A stretch of DNA of 64,000 nt from Azolla caroliniana (lineage: Eukaryota; Plantae; Polypodiophyta): positions 19,592,001 to 19,656,000 of the forward strand of contig JBHGNT010000003.1 in NCBI GenBank assembly GCA_043228905.1, given 5' to 3'. The position numbers and the translations under genes were made by a program. The notes under the pieces are model-generated. The model saw only the letters and a list, made by a program, of their open reading frames with translations. It was not told the DNA's origin and made no database searches. Each line of letters opens with the position of its first letter. Positions within the stretch are counted from its first letter, which is position 1. Positions 13,806-24,849 of the stretch are shown here, one piece after another.

Positions 13806-15162
13806 AACGTTGAACCCCCTTGGGAGGGGGGTGGAGCCATTCTAGGCACCACCCCCAACCCCGCAATGCTTCTCAATGATTCTCAACCTCTTCATGATCT
13901 CTCTCACCATCATACCATTCATCATCTCCACCATGACACCATATCTATCTTCATCATTTTCATCATGCTATCATAATCGTCATCCCTAACCCTAAAACGT
14001 ACAAAACCTTTTGGCGACCACAACGACAAATCCCTTTTGGAGACGGAATCAGACAATAATACGTGGCGATTCGAGGCATAGTGACGATTATATGTGAGAG
14101 ACGTGCAAGAAATGATGATGACATGCACCAAATGGCAATGACGATGTGGGAGAAGCAATGAAGATGCGCAAAAAATGGAATCGATGATGTTGTACGAAAG
14201 GCGACGACAATGTGCAAAAGAAGTCCAAAATGGAAGATTAACTGCCGCATAATTCTACAACGAATTAATCTCTATATGTGTATGTTTTGTTTGGTCTATT
14301 TTTGTCGTAAATGTCCAAGAAATGGTGCCAAAGATGTACGAAAACGATGACAATGAATGAGATGAAGTCACGGAATGAGGACGTTACATGAGTGTGCGAG
14401 AATGGAAACGACAATGTGCAAATGTGCAGTTAGCAATGTGTGTGTGCAAGAAAGCATGGTGCGAGAGACAACCAGAAAGACAGAGACAAGTAACTAGAAA
14501 GACGGCCAGACGAACAAAGGAGCAGGAACTGACACCAAAACTCTGAATAGAAGGGAGCTGGTGCTAGCACGACTGGAAAGAGACGCCCACCAGGAGACTG
14601 CAGAGGAAGATGTAGTGTGTGGAGCGGAGGCCGGAAGGATGTGCTAAGAATGCACAGGAGCGGAGTCAGAAGTGTTCACAGTGTTCAGAAGAAGCAACGC
14701 GGAGAGAGTCGGAACCAGAACCAGAATTGGTTAGCACCGAAGCGGCCGTAATAGCCGGACGGCAACCGGAAAGCCCGTCAAAGTAGATGACCGAAACAGC
14801 GACAGTGACGCTGAAAAGCGACGGACGGAGAGACAACCGTCAGACATCAACGGCAGAATGACAACCGGATGACGACTGAACAGAGCAGCTAAGTGACGGA
14901 CCTTGGCCAAAACAGACGGCCGACTGCAGACTGGCCGAATAGGGCTGACAAGGCCGGCGACTACGACAAATGGAGACAAATGGAGACAGTGATGACCAGA
15001 CAGGGCCAGATAGACAGAGATGCCGGACAATGACAACAGACAACTGTCAGGAACAGTACTAAGATAGAGAAGGAATTAGTACTAAACGAAGGATTAGTAC
15101 TATGAGAGGTGTAGAACTTCTTTGAGAGAAGGAAGAAGTGAGCGAGACGGAGAGAAAGAGAG

Positions 15163-15623
15163 TGTCATGATAACACTCACATCATGCATCGAAAGGATCA
15201 TGACACTCACATTATGACTCGAAAGGATTTGAACCCACGACCTTGTTGTACACATGTCAAATCCTTAAACATTGTATTAATATTCTTATATGTATAGTTT
15301 CTAGAATATGAAATCTAATATCATAGGAATATTCTATATTACTCTACATTCTAGAATGACCTAGAATATTCTAGAGTGTTCTATACCACTAGAACCTTCT
15401 AGAATACTCTAGAGATCTTCTAGATTACTCTACATTCTAGGATAACCTAGAATATTCTAGAGTGTTCTCTATTACTTATAAATAGGGATCTACCACCCAT
15501 CCCAAACCTAAATTGGTTCAACGCCATTTTGTAGCCTACTCTTTGTAATCCATTTTACGCTTCAATATAATAATTCTCTTTCAATTATCTCTCTATCTCT
15601 CTTTCTCTCTCTCAGTCTTGACA
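15163..15623 (+). mobile_element. Solo LTR of a related chromovirus family, no TSD
   Basis: TGTCATGA...TCTTGACA, TATA near 15477, AATTGGTTCAACGCC downstream, CTAGAA repeats; flanks GAGAG and GTGAC differ. Confidence 0.82.
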
Positions 15624-16349
15624 GTGACAAATTGTAGATCGGTCCCCATGGCGGCTCTTTTCCCGGTTGTAAATCGATGGGGCAATCGTACGGTCGATGA
15701 TGAGGAAGTGTGTTGGCTTGTACTTTATCGAACACATCGGCGTAATGACGATACTTCTCGGGAAGTTGAACGGTGGATTCTTCTTTAGTGGTGCTGGAGG
15801 GGTTTACTGATATTGCAAAGAGGAACATTTCCTCCTTGCGCCCTTCTTCACGCAACTGACGTAGCGAAATGGTTGCCATCTTCTGAGTTGACCCTTGGGT
15901 TTGTCGACACCGGATTTCTCTTGTTCTCCAATCTATGTCTGGGTTATGTAACTCAAACCACGGTAATCCTAAAACTATAGGATGTTCTGGGATACTAATA
16001 ATATTAAATGATACTACACATGCTAAGTTATCTAGGACAATATTACTGGGCTCTGACTCTTCTATGATATTTCCGGAAGCAATGGGACATCCATCAATGA
16101 CTACTACAGAGGTTGGACACTGGAGTTTTCTTAGGGATATCTTATGAGCTTGAGCAAATTTCTTATCCATAAAGCAAGAGTTAGCTCCAGAATCTAGGAG
16201 TGCTAGGACATGTACTAGAGGGGTACTTTTAGTACTAACTATTACTTGGGCTACGAACAAATCACTAACTTGCTTAGAGGGAATGGAACCACTAATGGGT
16301 TGCACAGATCTAGGGCTGTCCAACCAAACGGCTCCTATTTTGGCTGGAC
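15624..16349 (-). pseudogene. Chromovirus pol N-terminus (aspartic protease, RT start), truncated
   Basis: [42 protein letters not shown] then junction to solo LTR. Confidence 0.9.
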
Positions 16350-17484
16350 TTAGTCATTTAACTCTTCTTCTAACTGACTAAGGACATCAAATTTGTTCGC
16401 TAGATCTGGGCTATTAGTACTATTAGGACTATTAGATATCCCTACTGAAAGAGGCTCGGGTTTAGTACAATTAGAACTAGCGACTATTAGGTTTACCTGT
16501 CTTCTTGGCCTATGGGGGCAATTTATTGCAATATGTCCTAGTCCACCGCAGTAAAGACATAGTCGATTTGTACGGCGTCGCTGCTTTTCTTCTTCGGATA
16601 ATGGCCCTCGACGACGTGTAGTGTCAATCTCCATCGGAGTCGGAGTATTCCCTGGAGGCGCATTATATGACTCCCTCGGAAAAGGTCTTGCTACCACTGA
16701 GGCGTAGGTGGGCTCTGATCTTGCCCTCGGCATCTGTAGTTGTCGTTCCGAACGTCGCTCAAACAGGCAGTTGTCACATCTCACCACGCGACTGATTGCT
16801 TCTGTTAAGGACTTTGGCTCTTTAGGGAAGGTCAAGAGTAAATCCTTGACGTCGTTGCGTAAACCATAACGGAATTGCTCCATCAACGCTTGATCATCCC
16901 AAGGGATATCGGTGGTGAGTAGGCGAAAATCTGCATCGTATGCGGAGGCTGGACGGTCACCTTGGCATAATCGCCGAATTTTGTTGATTGCGGTCCTGAT
17001 GCTGTCAGTATCTCCGAAACATGCTTTAAACTCACCTAGAAACTCTTCAAAATTGTTGAGTAACGAAGATTCCGAACCATGCCAACGCTGAGCCACTTAA
17101 CAAAGTGCCTACTAAACCCACTCATGATGCATCGGTGGGATATCGGGAAGGATGCATTTGAATAACTAATTGTACCTGGTTAAGGAACCCTCTAAACTGC
17201 GATCGCGTTCCATCGATCTTCGTGGGAAGGCCAATCTTGGGTTCTTTATGAATCCCTTGTGTTCCGGGCCCTTGTTGTTGCATCGCTACGATGGTTGCTT
17301 CGAGTTGTTGCACGCGTAACGCAAGTTCCCCATGTTGTTGTTGCGTTTGCTGCTTTTCTAAGGAGATTTGCTGAAGATCCCCCAGCAACCGTTGGTTTTC
17401 TTGTTCCAAAGCATGGAACTTCTCTTTCAAGCATTGAAATTCCGAGAAAACAGATTGATATTCTTCAGCGCTAACAGTGGCCAT
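16350..17484 (-). pseudogene. Chromovirus gag (PEG10/Ty3-type capsid, CCHC knuckle), disrupted
   Basis: Coiled-coil N-terminus, KIDGTRSQFRGF, QFRYGLRNDVKD, PMEID, CLYCGGLGHIAINC. Confidence 0.9.
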
Positions 17485-18180
17485 GGGATGAAAGAAAAGA
17501 GGAATAAGAGATTAATAGGAAATGAGAGAGACAGAAGGTAGGAAAACTGGTTCAAACTGTCAGGAACAGTACTAAGACAAAGAAGGAATTAGTACTAAAT
17601 GAAGGATTAGTACTATGAGAGGTGTAGAACTTCTTTGAGAGAAGGAAGAAGTGAGCGAGACGGAGAGAAAGAGAGAGATCGAGAGAGGGAGAGAGTGATG
17701 ATAAGAAAGATATGTATTATGTGAAGAGAATATACAATGGTGGCTAAAAGACTTAAGACTGGCGTTGAACCAATTTGGTTCAACATAATGCCTAGTGCCC
17801 TCTTTTATAGTGTTTTCAAGAGTAATCCTGAAGCTTCTAGAATGTTCCAAAGAAATCTGGAATATACATTAATTTCCTATAATAAAATGTAAATGAAAAT
17901 AATATCCTACGTATTACAATAGATGATCTAATGGTCAAGAGCTCGACCCATATATCCTAAGGTCATGGGTTCGAGTCTTGCCATATCATGACAACGGCGG
18001 GGCCGGACAGACACACACAGCAACAGACGAAGTGATAGAGATGGAGACAGTAATGGAGACGAATGGAAACTGACAGAGACAATCACTGAGTCGGCGACAC
18101 AAAATTATCGAGCCGAGACAGCGCTAGCTGAAAAACAAGTTGAAAGAACAACACTACTGGAGGAAGCCGCGCAGGAACGT

Positions 18181-18657
18181 ATGGAACTCCATAAACAGCA
18201 TTATGAAGAAAAGGAAAGAGCGACAATGGTATTGCAAAGGTTGCAGAACACCTACCAAAACCAATTGTCACATTACCAGGAGCAGGAGGCGGACACGGTG
18301 ATGTTGATCAAGCAATTGAAGGAAGAACAGCAAGCCGTGGAGGACAAATCGAAGATGAGACTTGAGTGGATCCAGTTCATTGTCCAGGCATGGAGGAACA
18401 AGACAAAACGCTTGATTGACGAAAGCTACGTGCAATGGTGGGCCAAATGGGCAAAGCGCACAGTCGAGCTCCAGTTGCTAACGGCGGACGCGGAAAACCG
18501 ACACAAGGATGGCGACGACTGCTACATGCTAACAAAGGAGCACTTCACCGCCATAAGAGATGAGTTAGCAGAAGACTTTGTAACTCTGGCAGAGGAACAA
18601 TCAGCAGTGGTCCGGCAACTGGTAGCACAGTTGGATGATGATCGACTGGATGCTTAA
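18181..18657 (+). CDS. Unknown coiled-coil ORF inside the non-autonomous LTR element (likely C-terminal remnant of a longer ORF)
   Basis: 158-aa E/Q/K-rich heptad ORF; frame appears to extend upstream to about 18000 and, past the chromovirus insertion, to about 14560-15044. Confidence 0.5.
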   Translation: MELHKQHYEEKERATMVLQRLQNTYQNQLSHYQEQEADTVMLIKQLKEEQQAVEDKSKMRLEWIQFIVQAWRNKTKRLIDESYVQWWAKWAKRTVELQLLTADAENRHKDGDDCYMLTKEHFTAIRDELAEDFVTLAEEQSAVVRQLVAQLDDDRLDA

Positions 18658-19865
18658 ATCCAGTTTGAAAGCTATGAGCGGACCAGGCTACGGCAAGAAG
18701 AAGCAAAGTAGGCAGCGACCGTCAACCTCAACGATGAGGAGCCATCGCCGGGGCAAGGACCAGACAGAGACAAGGTCGGGGGGAGTCAACCGGAGTCAAA
18801 TCCGGCAGAGCAGCTGACGGAGGAATCACCGCTACAACCGCCGGTACCGGGAGCCGGATAGACGCCATCCAAGAAGCAACAGCAACCACAGCCACAACAA
18901 CAACAACAGATTCCCGAAGAACCATTGGACAACCTGGAGCAGAGTATTCTGGATATCTTGGACGAAGACTAAGGGCCGGATAGTGGGATTCGACGTACAA
19001 GGTACTGTCCCACGGGTGTGCCATGTGTTACCCGGCCGGCTAAGGAGTTAAAGACCAGAATGTGAAAGGGATTCTATATTCGGAATCTATTATAATTAAG
19101 TAGTTTATGAGACGTGAACGGATGGACCGGAATCGGTATCCCGATCCGGATCCGAACCAGTTCCGAACAGGTGCCAGTTGGCACCGTTTTGTACTCAGCA
19201 CCGGTGACCTATATAAAGGCCCGGTTACAATGTAAAACTTTGATGGATAATTAATAGAGCTTACTGTCCCACGGGCGTGCCATGTGTTACCCGGCCGGCT
19301 AAGGAGTTAAAGACCAGAATGTGAAAGGGATTCTATATTCGGAATCTATTATAATTAAGTAGTTTATGAGACGTGAACGGATGGACCGGAATCGGTATCC
19401 CGATCCGATCCGAACCAGTTCCGAACAGGTGCCGGTTGGCACCGTTTTGTACTCAGCAACGGTGACCTATATAAAGGCCTGGTTACAATGTAAAACTTTG
19501 ATGGATAATTAATAGAGCTTCTTGTTTTATCTTTAAGTGTTGATTACCGTTCTGTGCTAATTGTTCTATCATATGAGTGTATCAAGTCTAATGCCATATT
19601 GCTAAGTAACCAATTAAAGTCTGATTAATCGTTGACTCTTAAGTTATCTCGCCGTAGCACCCCTTTGGTGAAGTGTCTTCCGTAGACACCGTGTTAGGCC
19701 ATTGTCCGGCCCTAAGGAATAACACCATTTAAACCAAACCGTTTAGAGCCAAACCGTTTAAAAAATAGGAGAAACCAAACTGTTTACGGAAAATTTAGAA
19801 CCAAACCAAACCGGTTTATCATAAACAAAAACCAAACCAAACCAAACCATTTTCTACAGATATTG

Positions 19866-20005
19866 ATCATCATACTTATTATAAATTTGTGTGAGAAAAT
19901 CATCATAAAATTGGTCATCATACTTATCATAAATTTGGTCATCACACTTATCATAAATTTGGTCATCACACTTATCATAAATTTGGTCGTCATACTTATC
20001 ATAAA
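19866..20005. repeat. 24-bp minisatellite
   Basis: TTGGTCATCA(T/C)ACTTATCATAAAT, about 5 copies. Confidence 0.85.
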
Positions 20006-21473
20006 TGAAAAGGAGACTTCACATATAATGCAAATAAAATTTAATAAGTTAAAATTAAAAGTTGAAAGTTAGAGCCTATAGGGAAATTTTAAGTAAATCA
20101 CTATGTCGTGATTCACAAGGCCTTCTTAAGCTTCTTGTGCCCACCAACAAGCCTGATCCTTAAATGGGACCCGTTGTTTCCTTTGGAGGCATTTCTGTGT
20201 GACACCAATGGGAACTCGAGATCACGAGGCTCATTGTAGTTTATTATAATAAATCCTATAGGTTGTTTGTTGTCCTATGGTGTCCATAGACAACCAATAG
20301 TTCTATCATACTTTATATATAACCCTCAAAGGTGAATAATGTCTTCATTTCATGGCCCTCATTCTTTGGTATGACACATGACACCATGGAAGTGACCAAC
20401 CTCCATTGAACACAATGAGAAGTTGCAAGACACCCAAGATCACAATGGGTTGGTTTCCATTCATTCATATAGGAATTACCCAAATGTATAATAAGTAAGT
20501 CAGCACATTAGATTTATGTATAATAAGTATGTCAACACATTAGATTTATGTGGCCAATGTCACAAGAATCATTGTAGAAGACACGGACTGTCAACAAGTG
20601 GGAGGATCGCAAATCAAGTGAGACTACTAATTACTACTTGAGATTATGAGATTAAACGTTATATGTACTAGAAACCTTAATTAAATTAATTGCAGGCTTT
20701 AATATTTATAATAATGTTTGGGTGATTAGTTGGGACCTGGTACTAGATCATTTGGGCTTTTACTTATGGTCCATGTCTAATTCTGATTAGGGCTCTCAAT
20801 GAGGATTAATGAGATTAAAACTAATTCTAAATAAGTAAAGACTCCATTAACCACTTTGTCGTTATCTTCTTTGTAAATCGTCGATAGATAAGAGGGAATT
20901 AGGTAATTGCGGTAATGGCATGGCCATGATGTAATTTGTCCCTAGTAACCCAACTAAGTAAAGACTTTGCTAACCACTTTATCATTATCTTCATCACAAA
21001 TCATCGACTATGGAGGGAATTAGTTAATTTCGGTAATGGCATGGCCATGATCTACATTTGTCCCTAGTAACCCAACTTAAGCCAGTTCCCCAACTAGTAC
21101 CCTCATGGTCCACACTTACAGTACCCTTGTGTTAATGAATATTGGAGGAGGCTACCCATTATGAACGATTCGGTACACACGTCACATGATAGATCTTTTA
21201 GTGCACATTTGTTTTGATTCGTCCCAACGGAATTAGTTGTGGTCCCATTTCCAAACTTCATTCCACTTACTTGTTCATCAAGGGCCCAAGGTTTAGTTGT
21301 GGTCCCATTTCCCATTCCAAATAATTATAGATTTAGTTGTGGTCCTATTTCTAATTTTTACTTCATTCCACTTACTCAATTCATCAAGGGCCCATGAATT
21401 GTCCCCTAACAACATGTGGCCATAGTACATTTATTTATATGGTTTATTGATTGCATAAAGCCATAAGATTCAC

Positions 21474-21518
<45 letters not shown>

Positions 21519-21832
21519 AAGTCTTTTAAGAAACATGAACAAGCTTAGGGGAAAAAAGAAAGGTTTTATTATTGTTTGGTTATGAGACTATTAACCAACA
21601 TTTCCCTAATGAAGTACCTAAGACTATCAAGCTTTACATATGTATTGCTAATGTGTAATTTGAATTTATGTATCAACAAAATGAAAACCAACAACAAAAA
21701 AGAGAAGAATATGTATCATCAACCACCCTCACCAACCAAAGAAAAAGAGAAAAAACAAAAAAGCAAATACAAAGGGAATCATATTGGACAAAATATGGGC
21801 ATAGGAGGAGGTTGTGTGTGAAACTTTGTGTC

Positions 21833-22639
21833 TTAGGCATAGCCATATCTCTTGCTTCTATGAACATTGCGGATGGCGCAACAAGAGACGCTATAGACAA
21901 TGACGATGAACACGAGGAAGATAATGTTGACGATCGCGACCTTGTGCCAGTCCTTCTTCACGCGCTGGAGCACGCCCGCCTTGCACGAGTCGCACGAGTA
22001 GCAAAGCTCCGATTGGTCATCGCTCCATAGCCCACAATCCCCATTGCTCGTGTTGGTGCTACCTGTGGTCGACCAATCGGTCGCGTTGGAGCCGAATGTG
22101 AAACCGCAAGCCGTGGGAGGCTTGCAGCAGCCCGACTGGATGGACGAGATGTCGGTGGCGGCGTCCAACGCAACCTCCGTCTTGTACTTCGCAGCCATGT
22201 CGCGGCACGTGTGGGTGTCAGCGATACACGCGCTGATCTTGCTCCACACACTCTCCTTGTTGACCTGCCTCTGCAGCCATGAGGAGTAATTCCCCAGGTG
22301 GAATTCCTCAAAGCCCTTGCCGGAGACGGCATCCCCCGCGCCCTTGTAGGTGACCACGAATGCGAAGACCGTGAAGCAGAAGACGAGGAGCATGAGGAAG
22401 AACATGAAGATGGCATAGAACCAGAGGAGGCACTTGTTGCGGCACACGGCCCCGAAGAGTCCAACGAGCGATACTACCAGAAGGAAGAGGCCCAAGATGA
22501 TGAGGGGCCATTGTAGGAACCGCATGCAATCAGTGGCTTTGGATCGGGTCGCCAGCCAGATCCCGCTCCCGAGTACACCGATCGACAATATGGCCGTGAG
22601 CGAGTTGAGGATCGCGATCAAATGATTGCTCAAGCCCAT
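21833..22639 (-). CDS. TET: Tetraspanin (TET8-like), intronless, 268 aa
   Basis: Four TM helices, CMRFLQWP, YSSWLQ, plant GCCKPP motif, LCYSCDSCKAGVL, YSVSCCA. Confidence 0.96.
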   Translation of the reverse strand: MGLSNHLIAILNSLTAILSIGVLGSGIWLATRSKATDCMRFLQWPLIILGLFLLVVSLVGLFGAVCRNKCLLWFYAIFMFFLMLLVFCFTVFAFVVTYKGAGDAVSGKGFEEFHLGNYSSWLQRQVNKESVWSKISACIADTHTCRDMAAKYKTEVALDAATDISSIQSGCCKPPTACGFTFGSNATDWSTTGSTNTSNGDCGLWSDDQSELCYSCDSCKAGVLQRVKKDWHKVAIVNIIFLVFIVIVYSVSCCAIRNVHRSKRYGYA

Positions 22640-23389
22640 TGGTAAATCAATAAAATGGTCTAGGAAGTATGATCCTATCCAAGGAAGACCCTCAGTGTTC
22701 TAACTCTCTAAAACAAAGAACAATTCAAGTCACCAAACTGATGCTCCCAATGTACTATGTGGCTTTACAACCGCCGTTTTCTTTAACCAAGTTAATAAGA
22801 GACTTGGGGGCTGCAAAATCAGGCTGTGGGATGGAGTTCACACTCACAAATTTCACCTCTTCAGCCTGATAAATAGATGTGAAAGGTTTTATGTATGTGC
22901 ACCCCTCTAAATTGAGAGAGACTCTTGTGAATGTGTTGTATGTTGTATGTGAATTTAGTTGCCTTTTGTTGTGATGGAAGGAGGACTCAAATGTGGGGGG
23001 AAAGGCATGGAGTGGGGTTTGTTTATATATGAAGGAGAGAAGGGGGGCTTTTTCCCGCGGATACGTGTGGGGAGAGAGCCATGGCCCATGACTGTGTCAA
23101 GCTTCCATTACTAAAACCAAATGGAAATGACGAGGAAGGAAGGAAGGAAGGAAGGAAGGATAAAGAGGGAGGAATAAAAAAACACGTGGAGCAGCATATT
23201 TGGACTGGTCCTTCGTTCTAAGAAAACTGACAAGAAGCGATTTTGGAAAAAGTCTTCAGAATCTGTTTCTTCACTCCAAGCAAAACACACACACACACAA
23301 AAAAAACCAGAGTCTTCTCACATTTCCATACTTCTCCCGCGTCCGGTGCTTGTTCACACACATTACACGAATCGTCCGATGAACTCTCC

Positions 23390-23457
23390 CTGTGTGTGTT
23401 CATGTGCGTGCATGTGCCCGCATGTGTGCGTGTGCGTGCGTGCGTGCGCGCGTGTGT

Positions 23458-23533
<76 letters not shown>

Positions 23534-23575
23534 ATGTGCACACCCGCTTGCGTTCATGTGTGTGTGCATGTGTGA
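23390..23575. repeat. (GT)n compound microsatellite
   Basis: Long pure GT run 23463-23532 with degenerate flanks. Confidence 0.95.
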
Positions 23576-24849
23576 AGATTCCGAATTCTCCTATGATCGC
23601 CATTTCCCGATGTATCAGGTGCTGAATGTCGGTGGGGCGACCACCTTTGGCACCACCTCGTGACGATCTAACCCACTGTTACATGTTTCTTTCTTAAGTT
23701 TGGCCTTGTAATCTCATGTAGTATCTTCGATTTGGTGCAGTTGCATGTTTCCTTCTTTAAGTTCAAGTGTGTGATGCCATGTAGTAAGGACGGAGATGAA
23801 AGAGTCACTTCCATCACCAACCACGCACACACACGCTCGCACGTAATGCTTTCCTACATAAGTCTTGAAATAAAGGCGTTTACACATCTAATGCTAGATC
23901 ATTCAAAATGTTTACATGCGTAAATTTTCACAAATGGGGACCATAAAAAGTTGGGGGAACATGAATTTCCTACACACTTGTGTCTTTGAAAAAATCACAA
24001 GATTGATGTTTATTTGACACTTTGTACTTGAACACACGCTTTACGCATTGCATTGTCTTTCTTTTAAACCATACATACTTGTCTAACCAACCTGTCATTG
24101 CTATAAATGTTATTGACGCACACCATGATTCACAATTTTATTGTCAAGGTCCATAAATTTCTTTACATGAGACCGCCACCATCACAAATCATTTGCCTTT
24201 ATTTGATGTGTAATTTCCAAAGCAACTCTACTTGACTGAAATTGCACTCCTAGTCCCATTTTTCAAATTATTGGCACGCTTGAGACACTTCACCGATAAC
24301 ATGGACATTAAGCTTTGAAGACTAACTTGGAAATTGCACAACTATGAAACTAGCCATTTCGATATACAACTTTCTTGAATTATTACACTAACTAATGCAT
24401 GACATAATTTGTAAACCCAAAATTGAATCCAATAACTCATTACTTGTACATTTTTGCAACTAGCGTCGTATAGATGAGCATTAAACATCAATACTGAACC
24501 CCATAACACCTTGATGATCCCCAATTTCAACCTACGTTTTGTGTCTTCTACCATGGACAAATGTGAAATCCTAAATAAATCTAGGGGGTCAACATTTCCT
24601 TGATATATGTACTTGCTTCAAAAGATTGGAAAACCTAACATCATCCGTATTTACAAGATGTCTTAAGACACATAATATATCTATCTTCTCCAAAAGGCGG
24701 GACCCTGACACTCATGGTAGGAAACTTGAGATGTCCATTTATATACAAAGGAAGGTGCATGAAGGTTGCGAATGATACTATATCAGTGGTTTTGCATTCT
24801 CACCATACAAAATCCATATATATTACAGAAAGATGCACTTCATTAACAA

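Larger units (their letters stand above)
15045..17993 (-). mobile_element. Ty3/gypsy chromovirus (Tcn1-like), internally deleted
   Basis: 5' LTR 17558-17993 (TGTCATGA...CCTGACA), gag, protease LLDSGA, RT start; only 15045-15162 of the 3' LTR remains; homologous to 30541-35420. Confidence 0.92.
13273..19724 (-). mobile_element. Non-autonomous LTR retroelement with tRNA-Arg PBS (Tat/Ogre-like), TSD CCATT
   Basis: LTRs 13273-13701 (end deleted) and 19285-19724; CCATT on both sides; GTCCCACGGGTGTGCCA at 19007-19023 resembles the tRNA-Arg(UCU) 3' end; no gag-pol; strand assigned from PBS only. Confidence 0.85.
13160..19856. mobile_element. DNA-transposon-like subterminal repeat tract split by the LTR element (13160-13272 and 19725-19856)
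   Basis: Dense AAACCG/AAACCA and CGGTTT motifs typical of hAT/MITE ends on both sides of the insertion. Confidence 0.5.

Noticed and set aside
17918-17990. Functional tRNA genes at the A/B-box cassettes
   Set aside because: Acceptor and anticodon stems do not pair convincingly and all lie in LTR sequence; reported as tRNA-like instead
23218-23663. HT/CV-repeat ORFs
   Set aside because: Translations of a (GT)n microsatellite
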